A DNA stretch of 64,000 nucleotides from an uncultured virus (IMG/VR IMGVR_UViG_3300022660_000083) (lineage: Duplodnaviria; Heunggongvirae; Uroviricota; Caudoviricetes): the IMG/VR virus record IMGVR_UViG_3300022660_000083; one strand, 5' to 3'. Made by a program: the position numbers and the translations under genes. Below, in pieces: positions 26,408 to 36,292 of the stretch; positions within the stretch are counted from its first letter, which is position 1; every line of letters starts with the position of its first letter. The notes under the pieces are model-generated. The model was not told the origin of the DNA, did not search any database, and saw only the letters and a program-made list of their open reading frames with translations.

Positions 26408-27530
26408 CAAGGAATGGTTCTTTTGCGGTTATGCCACGAGATTCTTAGCCGTAAAGGAAGAAGAAACCAATGATGCAAGTGAGTTCGGGACTGAATGTCA
26501 CGATTTGGCTGCTCACTACATCCGTAAAAGTCTGAAGCTTGAAGATTTTGACTCAAAGGATAATACACCGATAGAAGAAATCAAAAAAGGGTTCAAGCAT
26601 TATTCAGACGAAATGGAAAGACTCGCAAACGGCTATGCAAATTTCGTTATAAGCACAGTTGATTACGAGGCAAAAAGAACAGGTGAAAAGCCTGTGGTTC
26701 TAATTGAGCAGTTGCTTGAAATGGACTACGCTCCAAATACTCACGGAACGCTTGATTGCTGCATTTTGGCAGGTGATACGCTAACTATTATTGACAATAA
26801 GACAGGTTTTATCAAGGTCACAGCCTTTGATGAAGAACTTGGTGAAATCAATAGCCAATTAGGTATCTATGCTAACCAAGCCTACAAGAACTACAAGGCT
26901 TTCTATCCTATCAAGCACATCCGTTTGGTGATTTATCAAGAGCGAATCCACAACATTTCAGACTACACGCTTACGGCTGAAGAGTTAGTGCGTTGGGAAC
27001 GAGAAAGACTTATCCCTGCCGCTATGAATGCCTTGAGTGATGAGCCTGTTGCAAGAAGTGGTGTTTGGTGCAAATACTGCCCAGGACGTAACTGTTGCAA
27101 AAAGCGTGCGGAGGACATGATGCAAACGGTAGTGAAACTCAAAAAGCCTGACCTAATGACTGACGATGAAATTGAAGAAATATTGCCAGCGTTAGATAGC
27201 ATCATTTGTTACTGCGAAGACATCAAAGCCTATTGCTTGAAGAAGGCAGTAGAAGGCGGCAAGAAGTGGAAGGGTTACAAGCTCGTTGAATCGGTAACCA
27301 AACGCAAAATTACGGATGAGGCAGCAGTTGTAAGAATTTTGACCGATAACGGCTACGATCCTTACGCTCCAAGAAAACTTATGTCCATTACGGAATTGCA
27401 AAAACTTGTCGGCAAGGCTCAATTTACCGAACTTATCGGTGGGTATGTTGCAAAGCCAAAAGGACAAGCAGTGCTAGCTCCTGAAACTGATGCTAGAGAA
27501 GAAATTATTATAAACAAGGAGAGTAAATAA
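26373..27530 (+). CDS. DUF2800-family (Cas4/PD-(D/E)xK-like) exonuclease
   Basis: HSILAPSS, GTECH, HGTLD, IIDNKTG, QLGIYA, WCKYC. Confidence 0.8.
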   Translation: MTRKHSILAPSSKEWFFCGYATRFLAVKEEETNDASEFGTECHDLAAHYIRKSLKLEDFDSKDNTPIEEIKKGFKHYSDEMERLANGYANFVISTVDYEAKRTGEKPVVLIEQLLEMDYAPNTHGTLDCCILAGDTLTIIDNKTGFIKVTAFDEELGEINSQLGIYANQAYKNYKAFYPIKHIRLVIYQERIHNISDYTLTAEELVRWERERLIPAAMNALSDEPVARSGVWCKYCPGRNCCKKRAEDMMQTVVKLKKPDLMTDDEIEEILPALDSIICYCEDIKAYCLKKAVEGGKKWKGYKLVESVTKRKITDEAAVVRILTDNGYDPYAPRKLMSITELQKLVGKAQFTELIGGYVAKPKGQAVLAPETDAREEIIINKESK

Positions 27531-27532
27531 CT

Positions 27533-28495
27533 ATGTTAAATATCGTTACGGGTGTTGAAAAGACACCAATCAAAATTTGTATCTATGGTGCTGAAGGTGT
27601 AGGTAAAACTTCCCTTGCAGCGAATATGCCTGAACCACTTTTTGTTGATACCGAGGGTGGTACTTCAAGGCTTAATGTCAGACGTATCAAATGCACTGCT
27701 TGGGACGAGCTTATTGCTATTGTCAAAGAAGTAATTGCAACTCCAAGCGTGTGTAGAACTCTTGTAATCGACACTGCAGACTGGGCAGAAAGCCTTTGTG
27801 TGGACTTTGTTTGCAATAAATATCGTAAAGCCAATATAGAAGATTTCGGTTACGGCAAAGGCTACACCTACCTTGCAGAAGAGTTCGGTGAGTTCTTGAA
27901 ATTACTTAACAAGCTCGTTGATGTAGGAATTAATCCTGTGGTCATTGCACACGGAAAACCTCGTAAGTATGAGCTTCCTGAAGAACAAGGACAGTTTGAC
28001 CGTTGGGAAATGAAACTCTCAAAGCAGGTTGCTCCTCTAATCAAGGAATGGTGCGATATGCTGCTTTTCTGCAACTATAAGACTTTTGTGGTTACTACCG
28101 AGAACAATACCAAGAAGGCTCAAGGTGGTAAGCGTGTCATGTACACCACACATAACCCTTGTTGGGATGCAAAAAATCGCTTTAATTTGCCCGATGAAGT
28201 GGACTTGGCTATCAGTTCCATTGCTCACTTGTTCGAGGCACACGAGCCAAAACAGGCGGCAACAACGCCAAATGTGAGCCAAGAAAGACCTAACATCACC
28301 AAATTAAAGAAGATGCTTGAAGATGAAGGGGTGTCTGCCGATGACCTTCAAAAGGTAGTTGCAGAGCGTGGTCATTATGATTTTGGTCATACCATTGAAG
28401 ATTATGCCGATGACTTTATCACAAGATGGGTAGTTCCTAATTGGAAGAAGATTGTAGAGGCAATCAAAAACACTAAAAACGAAGGAGATAACTAA
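27533..28495 (+). CDS. Phage AAA_24 / Sak4-like ATPase (recombination)
   Basis: YGAEGVGKT Walker A, DTEGG, VIDTADW, GYGKGY, AKNR. Confidence 0.85.
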   Translation: MLNIVTGVEKTPIKICIYGAEGVGKTSLAANMPEPLFVDTEGGTSRLNVRRIKCTAWDELIAIVKEVIATPSVCRTLVIDTADWAESLCVDFVCNKYRKANIEDFGYGKGYTYLAEEFGEFLKLLNKLVDVGINPVVIAHGKPRKYELPEEQGQFDRWEMKLSKQVAPLIKEWCDMLLFCNYKTFVVTTENNTKKAQGGKRVMYTTHNPCWDAKNRFNLPDEVDLAISSIAHLFEAHEPKQAATTPNVSQERPNITKLKKMLEDEGVSADDLQKVVAERGHYDFGHTIEDYADDFITRWVVPNWKKIVEAIKNTKNEGDN

Positions 28496-28497
28496 TT

Positions 28498-28986
28498 ATG
28501 AATAACAATGAAAATATGTTCCTTGATTGGAACGATAGTATTGAAACCGATGGTCAGGAGTTTGTGTTGCTCCCTGAAGGAGATTACAACTTTGTAGTTA
28601 CGAACTTTGAGCGTGGACGATTCCCTGGTGGTCCTAAAGTCCCTGCTTGTAATAAGGCATCGATTACGGTGCAAGTTACTACGCAAAGCGGTATTGCCGT
28701 TGTTAAGTTTGACCTTCTTCTTTATAGAAGTCTTGAATGGCGTATCTCTTCCTTCTTCCGTTGCATCGGTCAGAAGAAACACGGTGAGAAACTTACTATG
28801 AATTGGAACACCGTTGTAGGTTCAAGAGGACGTGCTCATTTCAAACAAAGAACTTACACCAATCAGTATGGTGAGGAAAAGGTGGTCAATGACCTTGATA
28901 AATTCTATGACTACAAGGACGAGTATTTCGCAAATGAAAAGCCTGTCCTTATCCCTCTCGACTCTGACGAAGATTTGCCGTTTTAA
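28498..28986 (+). CDS. Phage single-stranded DNA-binding protein (DUF669-like)
   Basis: FVLLPEGDY motif, acidic tail DSDEDLPF. Confidence 0.75.
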   Translation: MNNNENMFLDWNDSIETDGQEFVLLPEGDYNFVVTNFERGRFPGGPKVPACNKASITVQVTTQSGIAVVKFDLLLYRSLEWRISSFFRCIGQKKHGEKLTMNWNTVVGSRGRAHFKQRTYTNQYGEEKVVNDLDKFYDYKDEYFANEKPVLIPLDSDEDLPF

Positions 28987-28998
28987 GAGGTGAGCCTT

Positions 28999-30576
28999 AT
29001 GGAATTACGACCTTATCAAAAAGAAGCTGTAGATGCGATTAGAGGACAGTGGAATAGTGGTTTCCAAAGAACGCTTTTAGTCCTTCCTACAGGTACAGGA
29101 AAAACGGTTGTATTCTCTAAGGTTGTTGAAGAAGAGGTAAAAGACGGTAGCAATGCCTTGATTCTCGCACACAGGGGTGAGCTTTTAGAGCAAGCCTCTG
29201 ATAAGTTGCGAGTTGCTAGTGGGTTGGATTCTGCTTTGGAAAAGGCGGAGTCCACATCCATTGGCTCTAATCTTCAAGTTACCGTTGCATCTATTCAAAC
29301 AATATCCCAAGAGAAACGCCTTACAAGATTTCCTAAAGATTATTTCAAAACAATCGTGGTTGACGAGGCTCACCACTCAATGTCAGACAGTTATCAAAGA
29401 GTCCTTCAGTATTTCGACTCGGCAAATGTGCTAGGTGTTACTGCTACTCCCGATAGAGCCGACCAAAAGAGCCTCGGTAAATTCTTTCAGAGCAAGGCTT
29501 ATGAATACTCAATGCACCGAGCAGTAAAGGACGGTTACTTGTGTCCTGTGAGAGCACAAATGATACCTCTTGAACTTGATATCAATAGCGTTGGACTTTC
29601 TAACGGTGACTATGCCGTAGGTGAAATCGGTGGTGCGTTAGAGCCTTACTTAAACCAGATAGCACTTGAGATGCTCAACTATTGCAAAGGCAGAAAAACG
29701 GTGGTCTTTTTACCTTTGGTAAAAACTAGCCAAAAATTTTGTGACTTACTTAATGTTCACGGTCTTAAAGCGGTGGAGGTAAACGGCAATTCGCCTGACC
29801 GAGAAGAGATACTTCGTGACTTTGAAAATGGTGAGTATGACGTGCTTTGCAACTCTATGCTTTTAACGGAAGGTTGGGATTGCCCTTCGGTAGATACCGT
29901 AGTGGTTTTAAGACCGACAAAGGTTAGAAGTTTATATCAACAAATGGTCGGTAGAGGTATGAGGCTTAGTCCTGGCAAAAAGGAACTATTGCTTTTAGAT
30001 TTCCTTTGGATGACAGAGCGTCACGATTTATGCAGACCGTCAGCACTTATTTCCAAAGACGAGAACATTGCCAAACGCATAGACAAAATGGTAATGGATA
30101 ACGGCAACGGTGTGGACTTAATGGATGCAGTTGAAACTGCTGAAAAGAATGTCATTGAAGAGCGTGAGGCTGCACTTGCTCGTGAACTTGCTGCTATGAA
30201 GAAACGCAAACGTCAATTCGTAGATCCGCTTGAATATGCTCTTTCAATATCGGCAGAAGACCTTGCAAATTACGAACCTACATTTGCATGGGAGATGGGA
30301 CCTGTTACAGAAAGACAAAAGGTATATCTCGAAAAATGTGGAATTTTGTCGGATAGTGTCACTTGTTCAGGTCATGCTTGCATGATTATCAATAAGCTCC
30401 GTTCAAGACAGGACGAGCATCTTGCTACACCGAAACAAATCAGATTACTTGAAAAATACGGTTTTTATCATGTTGGTACTTGGGACTTTGACAGTGCCTC
30501 AAAGATGATTACTCGTATTGCAGCTAACAATTGGTTCTTGCCTAGAAACATTGATGCAGCAAGCTACCAACCATAA
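28999..30576 (+). CDS. SF2 DEAH-box helicase
   Basis: LRPYQ, PTGTGKT, DEAHH, TATP, LTEGWD, QMVGRG. Confidence 0.92.
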   Translation: MELRPYQKEAVDAIRGQWNSGFQRTLLVLPTGTGKTVVFSKVVEEEVKDGSNALILAHRGELLEQASDKLRVASGLDSALEKAESTSIGSNLQVTVASIQTISQEKRLTRFPKDYFKTIVVDEAHHSMSDSYQRVLQYFDSANVLGVTATPDRADQKSLGKFFQSKAYEYSMHRAVKDGYLCPVRAQMIPLELDINSVGLSNGDYAVGEIGGALEPYLNQIALEMLNYCKGRKTVVFLPLVKTSQKFCDLLNVHGLKAVEVNGNSPDREEILRDFENGEYDVLCNSMLLTEGWDCPSVDTVVVLRPTKVRSLYQQMVGRGMRLSPGKKELLLLDFLWMTERHDLCRPSALISKDENIAKRIDKMVMDNGNGVDLMDAVETAEKNVIEEREAALARELAAMKKRKRQFVDPLEYALSISAEDLANYEPTFAWEMGPVTERQKVYLEKCGILSDSVTCSGHACMIINKLRSRQDEHLATPKQIRLLEKYGFYHVGTWDFDSASKMITRIAANNWFLPRNIDAASYQP

Positions 30577-30591
30577 AGGAGGTATTTCTAG

Positions 30592-32601
30592 ATGGAAAAC
30601 ATACTAGAAGCATTAAAACATATAAACGTTGCATCCCTTTCCTATCAAGAGTGGGTTAATGTCGGCATGGCACTAAAAGCCGAAGGATATGACTGCTCGG
30701 TGTGGGATGAGTGGAGTCGCAACGATTCAAGATACAAGCAAGGAGAGTGTGAAAGGAAATGGCGTACCTTTGGTGGTTCGTCAAATCCTATCACAGGTGG
30801 AACGATAGTACAAATGGCAAAGGAAAACGGCTATGTTCCGCACTCTTTTGCAGGTGACGGATGTATGGAGTGGAACGATGTCATTGAGTATGACGGAAAC
30901 GGTGCTACTTACGAAATTGAAACACCCATGTCTGCGGTGAATCAGCTTATTACCTTTCTTGAAACTCTCTTTGAACCTAACGAAAAAGTCGGATATGTAA
31001 CAAACGATGTATGGCAGGATAGCGATGGCAAGTGGATGCCTTCAAAGGGTGTTTATGATAGGACGGCAGCCGAGCTTATCTCTTCCCTTAAAAAGCATGG
31101 TGACGATTTAGGTGCGACTATCGGGGATTGGAAAGAAGAATGCGGTGCTTGGATACGGTTTAACCCTGTTGAAGGTGGAGTTAAGAATGAGAACATCACT
31201 CGTTTCACTTATGCTCTCGTTGAAAGTGACGATATGCCTATATCTGAACAGGATGCCATTTACAGAAAACTTGAACTACCGATAGCAACTCTTACGCATT
31301 CAGCAGGAAAATCTCTTCACGCTATCGTGAGGGTGGATGCCGAGAATTATGAGGAGTACCGAAAGAGGGTTGATTTCCTTTACGATTTCCTTGAAAAGAA
31401 CGGTCTTAAGGTAGACAAGCAGAACCGAAATCCATCAAGACTTTCTCGTATGCCAGGAGTTACAAGAAATGGTCAAATGCAGACACTTATTACTACAAAT
31501 ATAGGTCGTAAATCGTGGGTTGATTGGCTTGATTTTGTAGAGGGTGCAAATGACGAACTGCCTTCGCTTACGAACCTTGCAGACGAACTGAAAAGTCCAC
31601 CGAAATTGCCTGATGAACTTATAGAAGGAGTGCTTAGATGTGGTCATAAAATGCTTATTTCAGGTTCATCCAAAGCAGGTAAAAGTTTCTTGCTTATGGA
31701 ACTTGCTATTGCCTTGTCGGAAAGCTCTACTTGGCTAGGGTTTAAGTGTAAAAAATCAAAGGTTTTATATGTGAATTTGGAGATTGACTCCGCTTCGTGT
31801 ATCAACCGTTTTTCAGAGATTTACAAGGCACTAAAAATCACACCCAAGCACAGTGCGGATATTTCCATTTGGAATCTTCGTGGTCATGCAGTGCCGCTTG
31901 ATAAACTTGTACCGAAACTCCTTAGAAGAATCAATAACCTTCACTATGATGCGGTAATTATAGACCCTATTTACAAGGTTATTATGGGTGATGAAAACAA
32001 TGCAAGCGAGATGGGTGCATTCTGTAATCAGTTCGACAAAATTTGCAACGAAACGGGATGTGCGACTATTTACTGTCATCATCATTCCAAAGGTGCTCAA
32101 GGTTTCAAAAAGGCTATGGATAGAGCAAGTGGAAGTGGCGTTTTTGCAAGAGATCCCGATGCACAGCTTGATATGATTCAGCTTGAAACGAGCGAGGAGT
32201 TCTTAAACGATTATGCCGAGGACACAACATCTACTGCTTGGCGTTTAGAGAGTTCTTTGCGTGAGTTTCCCAATTTTAAGCCTCGCAATTTTTGGTTTCA
32301 GTATCCCATTCATACGCTTGATAAAAATGGCGAACTTGCAAAGCTCTACTCTGAAGGTGATCCAAAAGGCAACCTTACAAAGAGTGGTAAACGCAACCAA
32401 ACCCCTGAAAGCAGACGTGAGGAATTTGACCGAGCTTTTGATATCTTGGTTGAAGAAGACGGTAGCTGCTCGGTTGAAGAGTTAGCTGAGTATTTAGGTC
32501 TAAAAGAACGCACTGCTAGGGAGCGAATTCGAGAGTTTCGAGCCGATTACAAATATAAAAATGGGCGTGTAAAAAGAGGTGCAGATGAAGGCGATGAATA
32601 G
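30592..32601 (+). CDS. Primase-helicase (PriCT-2 + AAA_25 RepA-like)
   Basis: YQEWVNVGMALK..WDEWS, HSAGKSLH, SRLSRMPG, GSSKAGKS, IIDP, HHHSKG. Confidence 0.85.
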   Translation: MENILEALKHINVASLSYQEWVNVGMALKAEGYDCSVWDEWSRNDSRYKQGECERKWRTFGGSSNPITGGTIVQMAKENGYVPHSFAGDGCMEWNDVIEYDGNGATYEIETPMSAVNQLITFLETLFEPNEKVGYVTNDVWQDSDGKWMPSKGVYDRTAAELISSLKKHGDDLGATIGDWKEECGAWIRFNPVEGGVKNENITRFTYALVESDDMPISEQDAIYRKLELPIATLTHSAGKSLHAIVRVDAENYEEYRKRVDFLYDFLEKNGLKVDKQNRNPSRLSRMPGVTRNGQMQTLITTNIGRKSWVDWLDFVEGANDELPSLTNLADELKSPPKLPDELIEGVLRCGHKMLISGSSKAGKSFLLMELAIALSESSTWLGFKCKKSKVLYVNLEIDSASCINRFSEIYKALKITPKHSADISIWNLRGHAVPLDKLVPKLLRRINNLHYDAVIIDPIYKVIMGDENNASEMGAFCNQFDKICNETGCATIYCHHHSKGAQGFKKAMDRASGSGVFARDPDAQLDMIQLETSEEFLNDYAEDTTSTAWRLESSLREFPNFKPRNFWFQYPIHTLDKNGELAKLYSEGDPKGNLTKSGKRNQTPESRREEFDRAFDILVEEDGSCSVEELAEYLGLKERTARERIREFRADYKYKNGRVKRGADEGDE

Positions 32602-32771
32602 TGCCGATTTTGCAAAATTTACATTTACAGAAAGGGCTTATATATATTTACTGTACGTAAATGGTGTGTGACACCCTCTAAGGGATAGGGCTAGAGCTTA
32701 AGCCCTATCCCCATAGAGTAAGTCACTAGGGGCTTTCTGGAAAAAAACTTACAAAAAGGAGATGTAAAAAA

Positions 32772-33197
32772 ATGAAGATATTTTTGCTAATGAATCCACC
32801 GACAGTTACTGCCCAAGAAAGCAAGATAGCGGTGGTCAAAAATAAACCCGTTGTGTATAAGACGGAAAAAATAAAACAAGCCAAGCGTGAAATTATAAAA
32901 CATCTAAAACCGTTCAAACCTGATGTGCCGCTTGAAGGTCCGATAGAACTTAAGGTTGTGTGGCTGTTCCCTAGAGGTAAAAGTCATAAGCACTTTGAAT
33001 GGCGAACCACAAGACCTGATACAGACAACCTTGAAAAATTGCTCAAAGACTGTATGACGGAGATAGGCTTTTGGAAAGATGATGCTCTTGTGGTAAGCGA
33101 AACGGTTTATAAGATTTGGTCGGACGAGCCTACGGGAATATCCATTGAAATAAATCGTCTTGGCAAGTTTGCGGAGGGGCTATATGACGGAAATTGA
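32772..33197 (+). CDS. rusA: RusA-family Holliday junction resolvase
   Basis: RPDTDNLEKLLKD and WKDDALV motifs. Confidence 0.85.
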   Translation: MKIFLLMNPPTVTAQESKIAVVKNKPVVYKTEKIKQAKREIIKHLKPFKPDVPLEGPIELKVVWLFPRGKSHKHFEWRTTRPDTDNLEKLLKDCMTEIGFWKDDALVVSETVYKIWSDEPTGISIEINRLGKFAEGLYDGN

Positions 33198-33417
33198 CCT
33201 TGCATATGAAAACCTCGCAAATGCAATCATTCTACAAGCTATAAAAGACTTTAGAAGATGTATCAAGGTGGTTAAACGCAACGGACGAAATAAAGATAAA
33301 GCCGTAGAAGAAATGCGTGAGATAGTGGCGTTTATAAAATCACCGTGGTTTAAGACACTTACAAACCTTGAGCCAAGCATACTACTTAAAAAATTAAAGG
33401 AGGAGGTTAACGAATGA
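33184..33417 (+). CDS. Phage hypothetical protein
   Basis: YENLANAIILQA..D motif; RBS GGAGG. Confidence 0.7.
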   Translation: MTEIDLAYENLANAIILQAIKDFRRCIKVVKRNGRNKDKAVEEMREIVAFIKSPWFKTLTNLEPSILLKKLKEEVNE

Positions 33418-33827
33418 CAACGAAGGAATACCTTTTACAAGTCAGGAAACTTGAATACAAAATCAGTCGCATGAAATTAAGGTCGGAAGAATATGAGCGT
33501 TTGTCACATTCGATTTCTAGTCCCAAGTATGATAGTGAGCCTGTCAGTGGTACGAGAAACCTCGAAGCACCGTTTGTTAAATGGATCATGAAGAAATGCG
33601 ACCTTGACCGAGAGATTGAGGCTCTTGAAGAAAAGCTAATAAATCTCAAAGCCGAGATAATGCTAACCATTGAAACGCTTGATAACGAGGACTACAAAAA
33701 CGTTCTTGTGATGCACTACATAAATGGGATGCCTTGGGAAGACATAGCAGACAAGTTATATGTGTGTAGAGCAACCGTTTTTAATTGGCACAAACAAGCG
33801 TTGCAAAGACTAAAAATACCTTCATAA
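33414..33827 (+). CDS. RinA/ArpU (DUF1492)-like late transcriptional activator
   Basis: MTTKEYL start, C-terminal HTH WEDIADKLYVCRATVFNWHKQAL; last gene before the packaging module. Confidence 0.8.
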   Translation: MTTKEYLLQVRKLEYKISRMKLRSEEYERLSHSISSPKYDSEPVSGTRNLEAPFVKWIMKKCDLDREIEALEEKLINLKAEIMLTIETLDNEDYKNVLVMHYINGMPWEDIADKLYVCRATVFNWHKQALQRLKIPS

Positions 33828-33832
33828 AAGTT

Positions 33833-33897
33833 TAGACTTCGTTAGACTAAAATAAACCTTGATAGACGGTGTTTTAGTGTCAAGGGTGTGTTATAAT
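33833..33897 (+). promoter_or_regulatory. Late promoter with four TA(G/A)AC repeats at 10-bp period
   Basis: TAGAC 33833, TAGAC 33843, TAAAC 33853, TAGAC 33863; TGTTATAAT 33889-33897. Confidence 0.7.
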
Positions 33898-33927
33898 TAT
33901 AATGGGCGAAAGCTACAAAGAAAACAC

Positions 33928-33960
33928 AAGGCTCACGGAGATAATCTGTGGGCTTTTCTT
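33928..33960 (+). terminator. Terminator-like hairpin in the late leader
   Basis: AAGGCTCACGGA/TCTGTGGGCTTT followed by T-rich tract. Confidence 0.6.
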
Positions 33961-33983
33961 ATGCAATGAAGGAGGTTGTGGTT

Positions 33984-34334
33984 ATGCCTACAAAACCAAA
34001 GAAACCATGTGCCTTCCCTAGTTGCCCGAAGCTCACGCACGATACATATTGTGAAGAGCACGCAGCTCTAAGACAAAAGCAATATGATAAGTACAATCGA
34101 GCACCGAACCATGACAAAAAGTATGGGAACAATTGGAGACGCATTCGTGCGTTGTATGTAAAGAAACATCCTTTATGTGAGCGTTGCTTAAAAGAAGGAC
34201 GTGTCACACCTGTCGAGGAGGTTCATCATATCGTACCTCTTTCTCGTGGTGGCACTAACCAATTCACAAATCTCATGTCACTTTGTCAAAGTTGTCATAC
34301 GAAAACTCACTACGAACTTGGTGATAGAAAATGA
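33984..34334 (+). CDS. HNH endonuclease (terminase-associated, HK97 gp74-like)
   Basis: CxxC, VHHIVPLSRGGTN, LCQSCH. Confidence 0.9.
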   Translation: MPTKPKKPCAFPSCPKLTHDTYCEEHAALRQKQYDKYNRAPNHDKKYGNNWRRIRALYVKKHPLCERCLKEGRVTPVEEVHHIVPLSRGGTNQFTNLMSLCQSCHTKTHYELGDRK

Positions 34335-34420
34335 CCGTAGGGGGATGCAAATCTCTACGACTAAAAATCTCAACACCGAGCCTGGGGTTTCGTGTGCAAA
34401 AATCGGTATTCAAACGGGGT
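34335..34420. other. Probable cos/packaging initiation region
   Basis: Intergenic between HNH and TerS with G-runs (GTAGGGGG...CTGGGG); call rests on position. Confidence 0.4.
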
Positions 34421-34455
34421 AATAGGCAAAGGCAAAAACAAGGAGGTGTTAGCCT

Positions 34456-35001
34456 ATGGCTAAAGACGGCACAATGCGTGGCGGTGCAAGACCAAATACA
34501 GGTCCGAAAAAGAAAGCATTAGCAGATAAAATCGTAGAAGGTAAAGCAACGCTTGAAGATGGTGCGGTGATTCTTCCCGAACCCGTAGACATTGAGGGTG
34601 TAGATATGCCACCTATCAAGGATTTTTTAAAGGCGAAGCAGAAAAACGGAAAGGATATGTGTGCCGAAGAGGTATATAAAAGCACATATCTTTGGCTAAA
34701 GAAAAGAAGATGTGAAAAACTCGTGTCAACGCAGCTTTTGGAACAGTATGCAATGAGCGTTTCTCGTTGGGTACAGTGCGAAGAGGCTATATCCGAGTTC
34801 GGTTTCCTTGCCAAGCATCCAACAACGGGTAATGCAATGCAAAGTCCGTATGTGGCAATGAGCCAAAATTATATGAAACAGGTCAATCAGGTCTGGTATC
34901 AAATCTATCAAGTGGTCAAGGACAACTGTTCAACAGATATTGGTGGTGCAAGTCCTCAAGACGATTTGATGGAACGATTATTACAAGCAAGAAGAAAGTA
35001 A
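34456..35001 (+). CDS. terS: Terminase small subunit (P27 family)
   Basis: RGGARPNTGPKKK N-terminus, KHPTTG..SPYV; position. Confidence 0.8.
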   Translation: MAKDGTMRGGARPNTGPKKKALADKIVEGKATLEDGAVILPEPVDIEGVDMPPIKDFLKAKQKNGKDMCAEEVYKSTYLWLKKRRCEKLVSTQLLEQYAMSVSRWVQCEEAISEFGFLAKHPTTGNAMQSPYVAMSQNYMKQVNQVWYQIYQVVKDNCSTDIGGASPQDDLMERLLQARRK

Positions 35002-35027
35002 GGTCACCTAGCAAGGCGGCCTTTTTT
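35000..35027 (+). terminator. Terminator-like hairpin
   Basis: AAGGTCACCT-AGCA-AGGCGGCCTT then TTTT. Confidence 0.55.
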
Positions 35028-35041
35028 AATTGGAGGTTGCA

Positions 35042-36292
35042 ATGCTAAAAACTATTGAATTGTTCGCGGGCATAGGTGCGCAGGCACAAGCCTTAAAAGA
35101 AAGCGGGCTAGACTTTGAGGTTGTGGCGATCAGTGAGGTGGACAAATACGCTCTTGAGGGGTATCGAAACCTACACGGTGATGTCAACAATCTCGGTGAT
35201 ATTACAAAAATCGACAAATTACCACAAGCTGACCTTTGGACTTATTCATTCCCTTGCACCGATATTTCAATTAGTGGAAGAATGAAAGGTTTTGATAAAG
35301 GCAGCAAAACGGGTTCTTCTCTTTTATGGGAAGTGCAAAGGTTACTTGAAGTGGCAAACGAGAATGGTGAGCTACCGAGATTTCTTTTGATGGAAAACGT
35401 AAAGAACATTGTATCAAAAAGGTTCTTGCCCTTATTTCAGGAATGGATAGATTATCTTTCAGGACTTGGATACAAGAGCTTTTACAAGGTTCTCAACGCA
35501 AAGGACTATGGTGTTCCGCAAAATCGTGAGCGTTGCTTTATGATTTCGGTTCGTGATTATGATGGTGAGTTTGAGTTCCCAAGCACAGAAAAACTGACTA
35601 CCAAACTTGGAGATTTGCTTGAAGAGGATGTGGATGAGAAATATTTTCTTTCCAACAAACTCATTACTTGCTTTTCTGATATGAAGAACCGAAACGGACT
35701 CATTCGTGGGTTAAGGTTTAGACCTAAAGGCAAACACGAAGATTATGCTTGGACGATTACCACACACGCCGGCTCTCGTGCAACGGACAACTTTATCATT
35801 GAATCTATCCCTGCGGCACTCCGTGGAAGGCTTAACGATAAAGGCGAATACATCCAATGCCTAGAAATTAGAAAAGATGGTAACACGAACACCATCACAA
35901 CCGTTCAAAAGGACAATGTGGTGATAGTTCCCGAAGATACTAAGAAAGGTTATGCTCTTGCCCGTGTGGGTGATGGTATCTATACCAACCGAGTCGCATA
36001 TAAGCGTGGAGTTGTGCAGAAAGAAAAGATACCAACACTCAAAACCACACCTACGGATATTGCCGTTGTGGTGGAAGATCCAAACGAACTCATTTCCATA
36101 AGAAGACTTACTCCTAGAGAGTGTTTCAGACTTATGGGATGGAAAGACAGTGAGATTGACAAGGCTTTCTCTAGTGGAGTATCGGATACGCAGCTTTATA
36201 AAATGGCGGGCAACTCCATTGTGGTTAACTGTCTTACAAGAATATTTGAAAGCCTAAAAAATTTGATAGAAGGAGATAAGAACAATGTTTGA
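35042..36292 (+). CDS. Orphan C5-cytosine DNA methyltransferase
   Basis: ELFAGIG, YSFPC, MENV, PQNRER, RRLTPRECFRLMG, AGNSIV. Confidence 0.93.
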   Translation: MLKTIELFAGIGAQAQALKESGLDFEVVAISEVDKYALEGYRNLHGDVNNLGDITKIDKLPQADLWTYSFPCTDISISGRMKGFDKGSKTGSSLLWEVQRLLEVANENGELPRFLLMENVKNIVSKRFLPLFQEWIDYLSGLGYKSFYKVLNAKDYGVPQNRERCFMISVRDYDGEFEFPSTEKLTTKLGDLLEEDVDEKYFLSNKLITCFSDMKNRNGLIRGLRFRPKGKHEDYAWTITTHAGSRATDNFIIESIPAALRGRLNDKGEYIQCLEIRKDGNTNTITTVQKDNVVIVPEDTKKGYALARVGDGIYTNRVAYKRGVVQKEKIPTLKTTPTDIAVVVEDPNELISIRRLTPRECFRLMGWKDSEIDKAFSSGVSDTQLYKMAGNSIVVNCLTRIFESLKNLIEGDKNNV

